Virus record (IMG/VR): IMGVR_UViG_2840851631_000003
Coordinates: 2,429-66,428 of that record
Length of the DNA stretch: 64,000 bases
Direction: 5' to 3' (one strand)
Source of the DNA: a virus
Lineage: Duplodnaviria; Caudoviricetes
Part shown: in pieces, positions 55,816 to 64,000 of the stretch
How positions within the stretch are numbered: the first letter of the stretch is position 1
Layout of the letters: each line of letters begins with the position of its first letter
Notes under the pieces: model-generated
Told to the model about the DNA's origin: nothing
Seen by the model: only the letters and a program-made list of their open reading frames with translations
Database searches by the model: none
Translations under genes and position numbers: made by a program

Positions 55816-56381
55816 GCATCGACCTGCGGCCGTTCTGCGCCAGTGAGCACGATAGTCGCGCCTGGTTGCGCCACCCATTTACGCTCAACGGCAAAACATG
55901 TGCCTCTAATGGCCACATCCTGATCGAAATGGATATCGCCGGCGACTACCCCGAAGTTCCTTCAAAGAACGCTTCTAATGTTGCCGCGTCCCTTGGCCGC
56001 ATTCCTGCAGCTGGCTTTCAACCCTTGCCGACAATGCCTGAACCCGAGTTCGTGGCCTGCCCATCTTGCGAAGGTCGTGGCCATGGCAAGCGGTGCAAAT
56101 CCTGCGAAGGGGCCGGCGAGTTCCAACACCATGGTCATTCCTACAGCTGCAAAGCCTGCGATGGGGAAGGTTCGTTCAATGCCCCTTGCTACCAGTGCAA
56201 TGCAACAGGAAAAAAGGAAATATCGATTCCAATGCAAATCGGCGAAGCCGTCTTTGCCCTGCGATATCTTTCGCTGATCGCAACACTGCCTTGCGTTGAG
56301 TTCGCAACAACGCGCGCCAATGACATCGCCGGTTTCAAATTCCAAGGCGGACGCGGCGTGCTGATGCCTTTACGGTCTTAG
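55812..56381 (+). CDS. DnaJ-type zinc-finger protein with sliding-clamp-like flanks
   Basis: Four CxxCxG/AxG repeats; ASNGHIL and GVLMPLR. Confidence 0.6.
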   Translation: MSIDLRPFCASEHDSRAWLRHPFTLNGKTCASNGHILIEMDIAGDYPEVPSKNASNVAASLGRIPAAGFQPLPTMPEPEFVACPSCEGRGHGKRCKSCEGAGEFQHHGHSYSCKACDGEGSFNAPCYQCNATGKKEISIPMQIGEAVFALRYLSLIATLPCVEFATTRANDIAGFKFQGGRGVLMPLRS

Positions 56382-56389
56382 GAGAAAGC

Positions 56390-57304
56390 ATGACCTGGTT
56401 CAACAACGCAACTCTGTTCCGGCTCACCGGTGCCCCGGACGCGATCCGCCTGAGCGAGGCACTGGCCAAGCGCCCGTTTCAGCCCTGCGCCGGCCTCGAC
56501 TGGTTCAGCGAAGGTTGGGTTCCTCCGGCCGTCCACCTCGAAGAGCCGGTTTTCGTGACCCGCGGCCACATGCTGGTGAGCCTGCTGCGCGAGGACAAGG
56601 TTCTGCCGCCGGCAGTGATCCGCAAGGCCGTCGACGCCAAGGTGGCCGAGATCGAGGCCAAGGAGCTGCGCACGGTTGGTCGCAAGGAAAAGCTGGCGCT
56701 GAAAGAGCAGATCACCGACGACCTGCTGCCGCGTGCCTTCACGAAGCCGACCCGCGTGCCGGCACTCATCTCCGGCGGCTGGCTGATCGCAGATACCGGC
56801 AGCGCGCCGCGCGCTGAGGCCCTGGTCTCCAAGCTGCGCGAGGCGCTGCCCCCCTTCCCGGCCGCGCTGCCGCGCACCCTGATCGCGCCGCATACCGCGA
56901 TGACGGACTGGCTGGCCGCCGGCGAAGCGCCAGGCGGCTTCGAGCTGGACGCCGATGCGGTGCTGAAGGACGGCGGCGAGAACGGCGCCGAGGTCCGGGT
57001 GAGCCGCATCGACCTGACCAGCGACGAGATTCGCCAGCACATCGCCACCGGCAAGCAGGCCACCAAGCTGGGCCTGATCTGGAACGAGAAGATCCGCTTC
57101 CAGCTGACCGACACGCTGCAGCTGAAGCGCATCCAGTTTCTGGACATGCTGCAGGACGAGGCCAGCCAGGCCGGCGACGACCGCGAAAGCCTGTTCGAAG
57201 CCACCTTCCTCCTGATGAGCGAGGAGCTGGGCGAACTGGTGGAAGCGCTGGTTGAGGCGCTGGGCGGTCTGGAGGATAGCCAACGACACAAGGAGGCAGC
57301 GTGA
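56390..57304 (+). CDS. rdgC: Recombination-associated protein RdgC
   Basis: MTWFNNATLFRL, KVLPPAV, LLPRAF, KLGLIW. Confidence 0.92.
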   Translation: MTWFNNATLFRLTGAPDAIRLSEALAKRPFQPCAGLDWFSEGWVPPAVHLEEPVFVTRGHMLVSLLREDKVLPPAVIRKAVDAKVAEIEAKELRTVGRKEKLALKEQITDDLLPRAFTKPTRVPALISGGWLIADTGSAPRAEALVSKLREALPPFPAALPRTLIAPHTAMTDWLAAGEAPGGFELDADAVLKDGGENGAEVRVSRIDLTSDEIRQHIATGKQATKLGLIWNEKIRFQLTDTLQLKRIQFLDMLQDEASQAGDDRESLFEATFLLMSEELGELVEALVEALGGLEDSQRHKEAA

Positions 57305-57756
57305 TGGAACGCAAGACAGGCATCCATACTCCTGGCCCATGGCGCTGGGAGTTCAATAGAAAGAACAGGTCTATTCAACTGGTTGGCGGTCGCCCGCAGT
57401 TCGACAAAACCGTGATGGATTTCGAACGCTGGGGCATGGGTGGATCGTGCCCGAGGTTCAACGAAAAGATCTCTGGAAACGAGCTCAACATCATGACTCG
57501 CGTTTCTGACCGGAAAGACTGGATCGCGCCGTTTGAAGGCCGTGCCCATCATGTCGAATGGTGCGCCGATGTTGTCCACCCGGACGCACGCCTTATAGCC
57601 GCCGCGCCTTCTTTGCTGGCCGCGCTGGAGGCAATAGAACCATTCCTGCCGGTCACCACCGCAGCAGATGGCGGAGCAGCTGCATATAGTACGCACGTCC
57701 GTGCCGCTGATCTTGTACGCGCAGCCATCGCTGCGGCGAAGGGCTCGGCAGCATGA
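57301..57756 (+). CDS. Hypothetical phage protein
   Basis: HTPGPW ... DARLIAAAPSLLAALE motifs common in lambdoid early genes. Confidence 0.75.
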   Translation: MMERKTGIHTPGPWRWEFNRKNRSIQLVGGRPQFDKTVMDFERWGMGGSCPRFNEKISGNELNIMTRVSDRKDWIAPFEGRAHHVEWCADVVHPDARLIAAAPSLLAALEAIEPFLPVTTAADGGAAAYSTHVRAADLVRAAIAAAKGSAA

Positions 57757-57827
57757 TCCGCCCCACCCCATAACAGCCCGCCCACCCGGCGGGTTTCGTT
57801 TTGGCGCAAGCGCGCCAGGAGATGAAC

Positions 57828-58079
57828 ATGAATACCCACATCACCACCATGCGCTACGCGCTGGAAATCGCCACATTGTCCCGGCTGCTCGAAGAAAAGG
57901 AGCGCCACATCCAGATGCTGCAGGACACCATCGCCATCAAGGACGAGCAGCTGGCCACCCAGAATAGCGCGGCAATGGAATATGTCGCACGCTGCAACGA
58001 GTTGGAAGCCCGCAATAGCGAACTGGCACGCCAGCGCGACTTGCTGGCGCTAGAGACGCAAGAACGGAGGGCGGCGTGA
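57828..58079 (+). CDS. Hypothetical coiled-coil protein
   Basis: AGGAG RBS; heptad pattern. Confidence 0.6.
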   Translation: MNTHITTMRYALEIATLSRLLEEKERHIQMLQDTIAIKDEQLATQNSAAMEYVARCNELEARNSELARQRDLLALETQERRAA

Positions 58080-58174
58080 CTAAAATGCTGATTTTTCCCA
58101 CGGGATGGTAATGTTATTTCTAATCAAAACCACACTCTTTTCAGTCTTGATGAATTAATGAATGATTCTGGGAA

Positions 58175-58828
58175 TTAAATTGGACTATTTAATGCACGGA
58201 CCATGCTCGTCGTGAGGGTTGCTACGTGTTGATCAAGTCCATCGACAAGCTCAATGAGGCTTTCCTTCTTTATCGGGACTCCCGGGCCATTCCTATGGAT
58301 TATTTCATTTCTTACGGAGATGACATCATCCCAGTATGCTTCACTCTTCAGCATCGGCGGGAGTAGTATATTGTAAAACTCTTCAAAGCTGGTTTGAGCT
58401 GAAAAAGGATTGGAAACAGTTCTGCGACTATACCAGTCCTTAATTTTTTCTTTTGTTGCACGGTTTTTCCTGCTAAACCCATGCATGTTATCATTCGTAA
58501 ATCGATCACATCTAGCCATGATTATTTCTTGGAATTCACAAACATCCAGAGAGCTTAAATATAGCTTGTGCATATATCCTTCATATGCCGAGATGGCGGC
58601 CACCCATAATGATTCAGGCAAGAAATTCTCACTGACAATGCTGTAATCAATTTCAAGAGCCATTTTTTTTATTGCAAATACTCTATCATGGAAATGCTCT
58701 AACAGACCTCTGGCCTCCACAAGAAAGCCATAATGCTCAAATAGGGTATCTACCTGACTCATTATCTTGTTAAACTCATCCCCCATTTCATTTAAATCGT
58801 GAAGATCGATATCAAATTCGTCGTCCAT
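58175..58828 (-). CDS. Putative HEPN-domain protein
   Basis: ISAYEGY..., VRNEIIHRNG (RxxxxH); AT-rich, antisense. Confidence 0.65.
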   Translation of the reverse strand: MDDEFDIDLHDLNEMGDEFNKIMSQVDTLFEHYGFLVEARGLLEHFHDRVFAIKKMALEIDYSIVSENFLPESLWVAAISAYEGYMHKLYLSSLDVCEFQEIIMARCDRFTNDNMHGFSRKNRATKEKIKDWYSRRTVSNPFSAQTSFEEFYNILLPPMLKSEAYWDDVISVRNEIIHRNGPGVPIKKESLIELVDGLDQHVATLTTSMVRALNSPI

Positions 58829-58905
58829 TGATGCAATTTCTTTTTAGCTATTAAAAAATGGTGCGTCGCACATTGATGAGTGGAGTGGCATCAGTCAAAT
58901 ATCGT

Positions 58906-59808
58906 TTAGGAGATGAAATAATCCTCACGATGTTTTTTTAGGTACTCAAGATGCTCTGTAGTAATCTTCCTCAGAGACATTCCAAGTTGCAGACCAAATA
59001 CGTTTCGCTCCAAATTACTTAGCCTGGAGCTAATCAGCATCCCTCCTGCCTTGTCAAATGAGATCAGGCCCTTATCAAACAACCGGTCTATATGAGCAGC
59101 TAGTAAAAGCCCATTCTTGGGGTCAAGTCGAGCTTTATTATCGCACTGGCTCCACGGAACAATATGAGAGGCAATAATTAGATCTGGATTGGCTACGCCT
59201 GTTAGAGCACACCTTCCGCCCCACCAGTCAATTAAATCCTGACGAAATCGGCCCTGGCCAATGCGTGCCTGAATTAGGGTTTCACGTGCAGTGTTACTAA
59301 CAACGCTCTTGGCGGATTCATTATCAATCAGTTGATCTTGGTATTTTTCAGTCTGCCCAGTCGCCTCAAGCAAATACAAGCCGGCCCGGCGTGATAGTTT
59401 GGCCATATATATTTGAGAGAGCGTTCCATTTTTTGTAAAAAGGGCTGGAGAGGTATCTTTTTCGAAATGGGTGGTGAACATCTGTGCCGCAAAGTCGCGA
59501 TGCACAGGAGAACAAATTTTTCTCAGTATGACATCAACTCTACAACCGTCCTGCTCCCACTCTTGAAAAGAACGGCTGAGAGGTCGTGGCGAGTAATAAG
59601 CATTACTTTTTGCTTCCGCTATGTAGTGAATATTTTTCTCGTAACAGCAAAATACAATATCGCCTTTCTTAACTTCCCCAACATTCGACCAGTGCTCTGG
59701 CGTGACTTCATTGCCATGTCCATCCACGGTATTTAATGGGGCCCAAAGAAATTCACCATCCCGCACCTCTTTCTTTGTCATGCCGATATTTACCCAAAAG
59801 AAATTCAT
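58906..59808 (-). CDS. EVE/PUA-like plus HNH endonuclease (putative type IV restriction)
   Basis: FFWVN..LWAP..VKKGDIVF N-terminus; RIGQGRFR..CALTG..ASHIVPW..NGLLL..HIDRLFDKGLISF. Confidence 0.8.
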   Translation of the reverse strand: MNFFWVNIGMTKKEVRDGEFLWAPLNTVDGHGNEVTPEHWSNVGEVKKGDIVFCCYEKNIHYIAEAKSNAYYSPRPLSRSFQEWEQDGCRVDVILRKICSPVHRDFAAQMFTTHFEKDTSPALFTKNGTLSQIYMAKLSRRAGLYLLEATGQTEKYQDQLIDNESAKSVVSNTARETLIQARIGQGRFRQDLIDWWGGRCALTGVANPDLIIASHIVPWSQCDNKARLDPKNGLLLAAHIDRLFDKGLISFDKAGGMLISSRLSNLERNVFGLQLGMSLRKITTEHLEYLKKHREDYFIS

Positions 59809-59912
59809 TCTTACTAGCCCTTCATCGGTATGCTCATTCGGAACAAGCATTCTCTCATGAGTAATGACGTATGAGAATGGCTGCATAGCGAACTTTATTT
59901 TACGCTCGCACA

Positions 59913-60233
59913 TTGGAACCAGCCAGATCATGGCCAGAGCTACGGAAAATCGTTCGCCGGTTCCCGGAGCACATTGAGCGCATCACACGATGGGAAGCCT
60001 TGGTAAACGAGGTCAGCCGATCACCGCGCCCCTCCTTCTTGTTTTCCGGATGCTGGGAGCCGATCCACCGGCGGGTTGAGTGGGCCTGCACCAGCTGCGA
60101 CGGCACGCAGTACGACCCGCTGGCCGACATCGACGAACCAACTTCCTGCGCTTCGGCGTATGGTCTATGTGAGTACGCCAAACCACTTATGAGCATCAGC
60201 AAAAGCAAGGCAAGCAGCACCAGCGGTAGCTAG
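59913..60233 (+). pseudogene. C-terminal remnant of a phage PAPS-reductase-like protein
   Basis: RRFPEHIERITRWEALV..VEWA.T..G.QYD..CAS.YGLCE matches the recalled C-terminus of that family; the N-terminus is replaced by the HNH cassette. Confidence 0.5.
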
Positions 60234-60651
60234 TGCTGCGATCATAGTCCAGCGAGCAGAACTTCTTGCATGCTGCGCGGACTCTTTCGCTGCCGCTATT
60301 GCCTCGGCTGCCTCTTTCTTTCGTTATCTTCTGCGCACTGGAATTCCCACAACACTTCTTGGGCGAAATCAATCCTTTCGTAGTTTCGATTCCTGGTAAT
60401 CCAGTCCCTTAAACCTTCAGGCCCCTGTTTTTTTTCAGCAAGTCTCTAAATGGCTCACGCTCGTCCATAGCACTCTCAATGCAATTCAAAGAGAGGAAAT
60501 TTATCAGATGAGCATGATGTCGGGAGGCTGAAATCCACTTCAAGGAAACCACATGCACCACCTGGAACTGATACCCGACACCGGCGCGGCGTTGGCCGCA
60601 GTCAACGCCGCCCACGCGGCCTGCACCATCAACATGAGCGAGGAAACCTCC

Positions 60652-60930
60652 ATGACCAACCACATCAACGGCGTCCACGTATTCGAAATGAACGACTGCG
60701 ATTGGGTCGCGGCGCGCAACAAAGAGGATGCGATCCAGTTCTATGGCGACATCGCCATGCCGGAGGACTTCGAAAACGTGCAAGAGCTGAACGCCCAGGA
60801 GTTGGACGCCAAGCAATTCCACATCGACGACGACCACCGCAGCCCGACCATCAGCTTCCGCCAGCGTCTGCAGCAGCTGGTCGATGCCGACGAGACGTTC
60901 CCCCAACTGTTCGCCTCGACGGAGTTTTGA
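60652..60930 (+). CDS. Hypothetical acidic phage protein
   Basis: GAGGA RBS; VFEMNDCDWVAA. Confidence 0.65.
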   Translation: MTNHINGVHVFEMNDCDWVAARNKEDAIQFYGDIAMPEDFENVQELNAQELDAKQFHIDDDHRSPTISFRQRLQQLVDADETFPQLFASTEF

Positions 60931-60932
60931 GC

Positions 60933-61970
60933 GTGGAGTCGCGATTTCAGCTCTATCACGGCGACTGCCTGGACATCATGCGGGCCATACCGGACTGCTG
61001 CATCGACAGTATCGTAACCGATCCGCCATATGGCCTGAACTTCATGGGAAAGCGCTGGGACACCGACGTTCCCAGCGTCGAAGTGTGGCGCGAGTGCCAT
61101 CGCGTGCTGAAGCCTGGCGGCCACCTGCTAGCGTTCGCTGGCACGCGCACTCAGCACCGCATGGCCGTTCGTATCGAAGACGCCGGCTTCGAGATCCGCG
61201 ACATGATCGCGTGGGTCTACGGCTCCGGATTTCCGAAGTCGCGCAATCTGGATGGCGAGTGGGAGGGCTGGGGCACGGCGCTCAAGCCGGCGTTGGAGCC
61301 GATCACCGTCGCGCGCAAGCCGCTGATCGGGACCGTGGCAGCGAACATGTCGGTGCATGGAACTGGTGCAATAAACATCTCGGCTACCAGAGTGGGCGAA
61401 GCGCCTGGTCGCTGGCCGGCGAACTTGATCCACGACGGTAGTGATGAAGTTGTTGCGGCGTTCCCTGCCCAGGCCGGCGCCGCGGCGCCGGTACTTGGCA
61501 ACGAATCCAGCACAGCAAGCATTGGCCGTGTAACTGGACGGCGCGCTCGAGTGCCCGGAGCGTTCCATGGAGATGGCGGCAGCGCGGCCCGCTTTTTTTA
61601 CTGCGCCAAGGCCTGCCGCCGCGACCGCAATGAAGGTTGCGAGCACCTGGAGAAACGCCCGTTGCATTGGTCGAGCGGCAGTGCCAACCCCGGCAGCTTC
61701 CAATCCGCCGGGACTGACAAGTCAAGCCAAAACAACCACCCAACGGTAAAGCCGACAGACCTCATGGCCTACTTGTGCCGACTTGTGACGCCGCCAGGAG
61801 GCGTGGTGCTGGACCCTTTCACGGGTTCGGCCAGCACCGGCAAGGCCGCGCTACGCGAGGGGTTTCGATTCATTGGCATCGAAATTGATGCGGACCACTT
61901 CGCAATTGCGAACGCCAGGCTGCTGGCAGTTCTTCCGCCGCATAACGACCTATTCAAGGAGACAGCATGA
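60933..61970 (+). CDS. Beta-class N4-C/N6-A DNA methyltransferase
   Basis: GTG start; LYHGDC, VTDPPYG, HPTVKP, VLDPFTGSASTG. Confidence 0.92.
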   Translation: MESRFQLYHGDCLDIMRAIPDCCIDSIVTDPPYGLNFMGKRWDTDVPSVEVWRECHRVLKPGGHLLAFAGTRTQHRMAVRIEDAGFEIRDMIAWVYGSGFPKSRNLDGEWEGWGTALKPALEPITVARKPLIGTVAANMSVHGTGAINISATRVGEAPGRWPANLIHDGSDEVVAAFPAQAGAAAPVLGNESSTASIGRVTGRRARVPGAFHGDGGSAARFFYCAKACRRDRNEGCEHLEKRPLHWSSGSANPGSFQSAGTDKSSQNNHPTVKPTDLMAYLCRLVTPPGGVVLDPFTGSASTGKAALREGFRFIGIEIDADHFAIANARLLAVLPPHNDLFKETA

Positions 61971-62551
61971 CTTTGCAAACCCTGACCCAACTTGCAGCCC
62001 TGAGAGCGGCGGCCGAGGCTGCAACGCCTGGGCCGTGGGAGCATCAGACTAGCAACGGCTGGCACCGCGTCGGGACAACCCCTGCAAACCGGGGCCGCGT
62101 TGACGGCGATGTCGTAGCCAACGGCGCCTCCACGCCGGTGAACATGACCTATATCGCCGCCGCTAACCCGACAGCCGTTGTTGCCCTGCTCGATCACATC
62201 GACGCCCAGGCCGCTGAGCTGGAGCAAGCTCACGAAGCGCGCCGAGAAGCTCAACTAGCCGCCCAGTATGCTCAGGCAGCGCGCGACGGGGCAATCACAC
62301 AGATTCGTCGAGAGTTGGGTGCGCGCATCGCCTACCTGCAGCGGGACGCGGCGCGGTATCGCGCTATGCGTGACGGACTGGTATCTGGCGAGCTGGAAAA
62401 CAACCCGATCGGTAATGCAATGGAAGCGCTGGGTGATCGTATTTGCGATGAGCGCGGACCGGATGAGATACCGACCTCCGCGGAGTTCGACGCTGCCATC
62501 GATGCCGCGATGGAGCAGAATCAGCTGATTAGCAGGGGGTGGAGCGACTGA
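61967..62551 (+). CDS. Ead/Ea22-like protein
   Basis: AAEAATPGPW, YIAAANP.AVVALLD, DAARYR, DAAIDAAM. Confidence 0.75.
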   Translation: MTLQTLTQLAALRAAAEAATPGPWEHQTSNGWHRVGTTPANRGRVDGDVVANGASTPVNMTYIAAANPTAVVALLDHIDAQAAELEQAHEARREAQLAAQYAQAARDGAITQIRRELGARIAYLQRDAARYRAMRDGLVSGELENNPIGNAMEALGDRICDERGPDEIPTSAEFDAAIDAAMEQNQLISRGWSD

Positions 62552-62940
62552 ATGCGAATCAAGCATTCGCCCGTTGAGCGCGCATTCTTGATCAGATTTA
62601 TTGTCAGCCCATGCGCCGCAAATTCCTTATCTGGCCAAGGGTGAGTAACGATACGACAAAAGTCGCTCACATCCCTGCCATTGCGAAGTGAGCCTGGCGG
62701 CTCTTCATCGCCAAAATCCGTTCGACCTTCAAGAAGATAAAAAAGCTGCTCATATCTAAAGTCGAGCACAAGCTTCCCCTGCTCATCCCGAACGGGGCTT
62801 CGCATTTCCTTCAGTTCTTCCAGCAATTCAGCATCTCTCGCAGCCAGCAGCCGGGCAAACTCCCCCTTGAAATATGCTGCAACACGGGCGAGGTATTTTG
62901 TCTTTGTCACGGCGCGCTCCGCAGAAGAAACATTCATCAT
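62521..62940 (-). CDS. Hypothetical antisense moron
   Basis: AT-richer 139-aa ORF opposite to the operon. Confidence 0.45.
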   Translation of the reverse strand: MMNVSSAERAVTKTKYLARVAAYFKGEFARLLAARDAELLEELKEMRSPVRDEQGKLVLDFRYEQLFYLLEGRTDFGDEEPPGSLRNGRDVSDFCRIVTHPWPDKEFAAHGLTINLIKNARSTGECLIRIQSLHPLLIS

Positions 62941-62980
62941 ATCGCAGGCTCTCTCTAACGTGCTTGCGCAGGAGAACCAC

Positions 62981-63616
62981 ATGCAATTAATTGGCCTGGC
63001 CGGGCCGCTGAAGTCCGGCAAAGACACCATCGCCGACCATCTCGTCGCCAAGCACGGCTTCGTTAAGGTCGGTTTCGCGGACAAGATCAGGGAGGAGCTG
63101 CAGACCATTGCATTCCCCTCTGCTTGGCATGACTTCACGAACCAAGACTTCAAGGAGAATTTCGATCCCGCTTTGGCGATTATGTTTTGCGCTGATAATG
63201 CATTTGTCGCCTGGCTTGTGCATCGGAAAATAATCGAACACTCAGCAAGCGACTATCGCTATGCCCGATCCCCACGCTGGCTTCAGCAGCAATGGGGCGA
63301 CTACCGGCGCGCGACGGCAGGCTGGGATTATTTCATCTGCGCTGTGCGCGAAAGGATAGAGGCTACCGCGGCGCCAGTCGTCGTGTCCGGCCTGCGCTAC
63401 GCCGCCAGCGCGCCGATCCCGACCGCCGAGGCCGATCTGATCCGGCAGCTGGGCGGCTGGGTCTGGCACATCGACCGGCCAGGCTTCGAGCCGTCGGCGG
63501 AGCACACGACAGAAATAGCCCTGCCGCGCCACCCGCGCGACCTGTCCATCGATAACGACGGCGACGTCGAGGAACTGCTCGAAGTCGTCAACCTGACCAT
63601 CGGGGCTCTCGCATGA
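62981..63616 (+). CDS. Deoxynucleoside monophosphate kinase
   Basis: LIGLAGPLKSGKDT, FADKIRE, SPRWLQQQWG, IDNDG. Confidence 0.85.
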   Translation: MQLIGLAGPLKSGKDTIADHLVAKHGFVKVGFADKIREELQTIAFPSAWHDFTNQDFKENFDPALAIMFCADNAFVAWLVHRKIIEHSASDYRYARSPRWLQQQWGDYRRATAGWDYFICAVRERIEATAAPVVVSGLRYAASAPIPTAEADLIRQLGGWVWHIDRPGFEPSAEHTTEIALPRHPRDLSIDNDGDVEELLEVVNLTIGALA

Positions 63617-63805
63617 AGCAGAACACCCCGACCACGAAAAGGCCGCCCACGTTGGCGGCCTTGTTGTTTCCGCAGACTGCGCCGGAGAGCATGCGCGCCC
63701 TACCCTCCACCCTCCATCCGGAGCGGCACAACAAGGGCCAGTCGTTCAGCCCGGCGCATTGGCCGCGGATGCGCTCGTCACAAGAATACATTTAAGAGGA
63801 TTGCC

Positions 63806-64000
63806 ATGGCCGATCTCGTCTCCATTAAAACCATAGCTGAGCGAACTCAGCTGTCCTCCTCCTACATCAGAAAGATGGTTAAAAATGGGAAATTCCCGAA
63901 GCCGTTGCGTATCGGCAACTCTACCAGGTGGCCAGTTAAAGAGGTTGACCGGTGGATCGAGTGCGTTACAACTGGTGTAGAATGGACGGATGCCGCTTAA
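63806..64000 (+). CDS. AlpA-family excisionase/regulator
   Basis: SSYIRKMVKNGKFPKPLRIG..TRWP..EVDRW. Confidence 0.9.
   Translation: MADLVSIKTIAERTQLSSSYIRKMVKNGKFPKPLRIGNSTRWPVKEVDRWIECVTTGVEWTDAA

Larger units (their letters stand above)
1..64000. mobile_element. Lambdoid temperate prophage (siphovirus-like), continuing past the right edge
   Basis: Ordered modules: lysis, tail, head, terminase, nin, replication, immunity, recombination, AlpA/Xis. Late and early-right genes are on the minus strand, early-left genes on the plus strand. att sites not identified. Confidence 0.97.

Noticed and set aside
63613-63795. 60-aa ORF before the AlpA gene
   Set aside because: It contains a strong terminator-like hairpin at ~63637-63669 and has no recognisable features, so coding status is doubtful.

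Overview
The whole window is one lambdoid, siphovirus-type temperate prophage in a GC-rich proteobacterial host (a beta-proteobacterium such as Chromobacterium is my inference, not shown by the sequence). It is nearly complete; the integrase should lie just beyond the AlpA/Xis gene at the right edge. From left to right it contains: an SOS-mutagenesis cassette (WGR-like gene, umuDC, SRAP); lysis genes; lambda-like tail genes (J, I, K, L, M, tape measure); a PAAR-effector-immunity moron; head and packaging genes; nin, replication and methylase genes; an unusually large immunity region; an intact IS3-family element; and the early-left recombination operon with defence morons. The most interesting part is the roughly 7 kb between two near-identical divergent promoters, pR (~40490) and pL (~47580). 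It holds a CI-like repressor with no autocleavage domain, a small ORF behind an 18-bp lux-box-like palindrome, an XRE plus AHL-type LuxR operon, a GHKL-kinase/STAS/membrane triad, and an orphan type I-E CRISPR-like mini-array with no cas genes. The prophage also encodes an RsaL-like quorum-sensing repressor. All product calls come from motif recognition by eye; no database searches were run.
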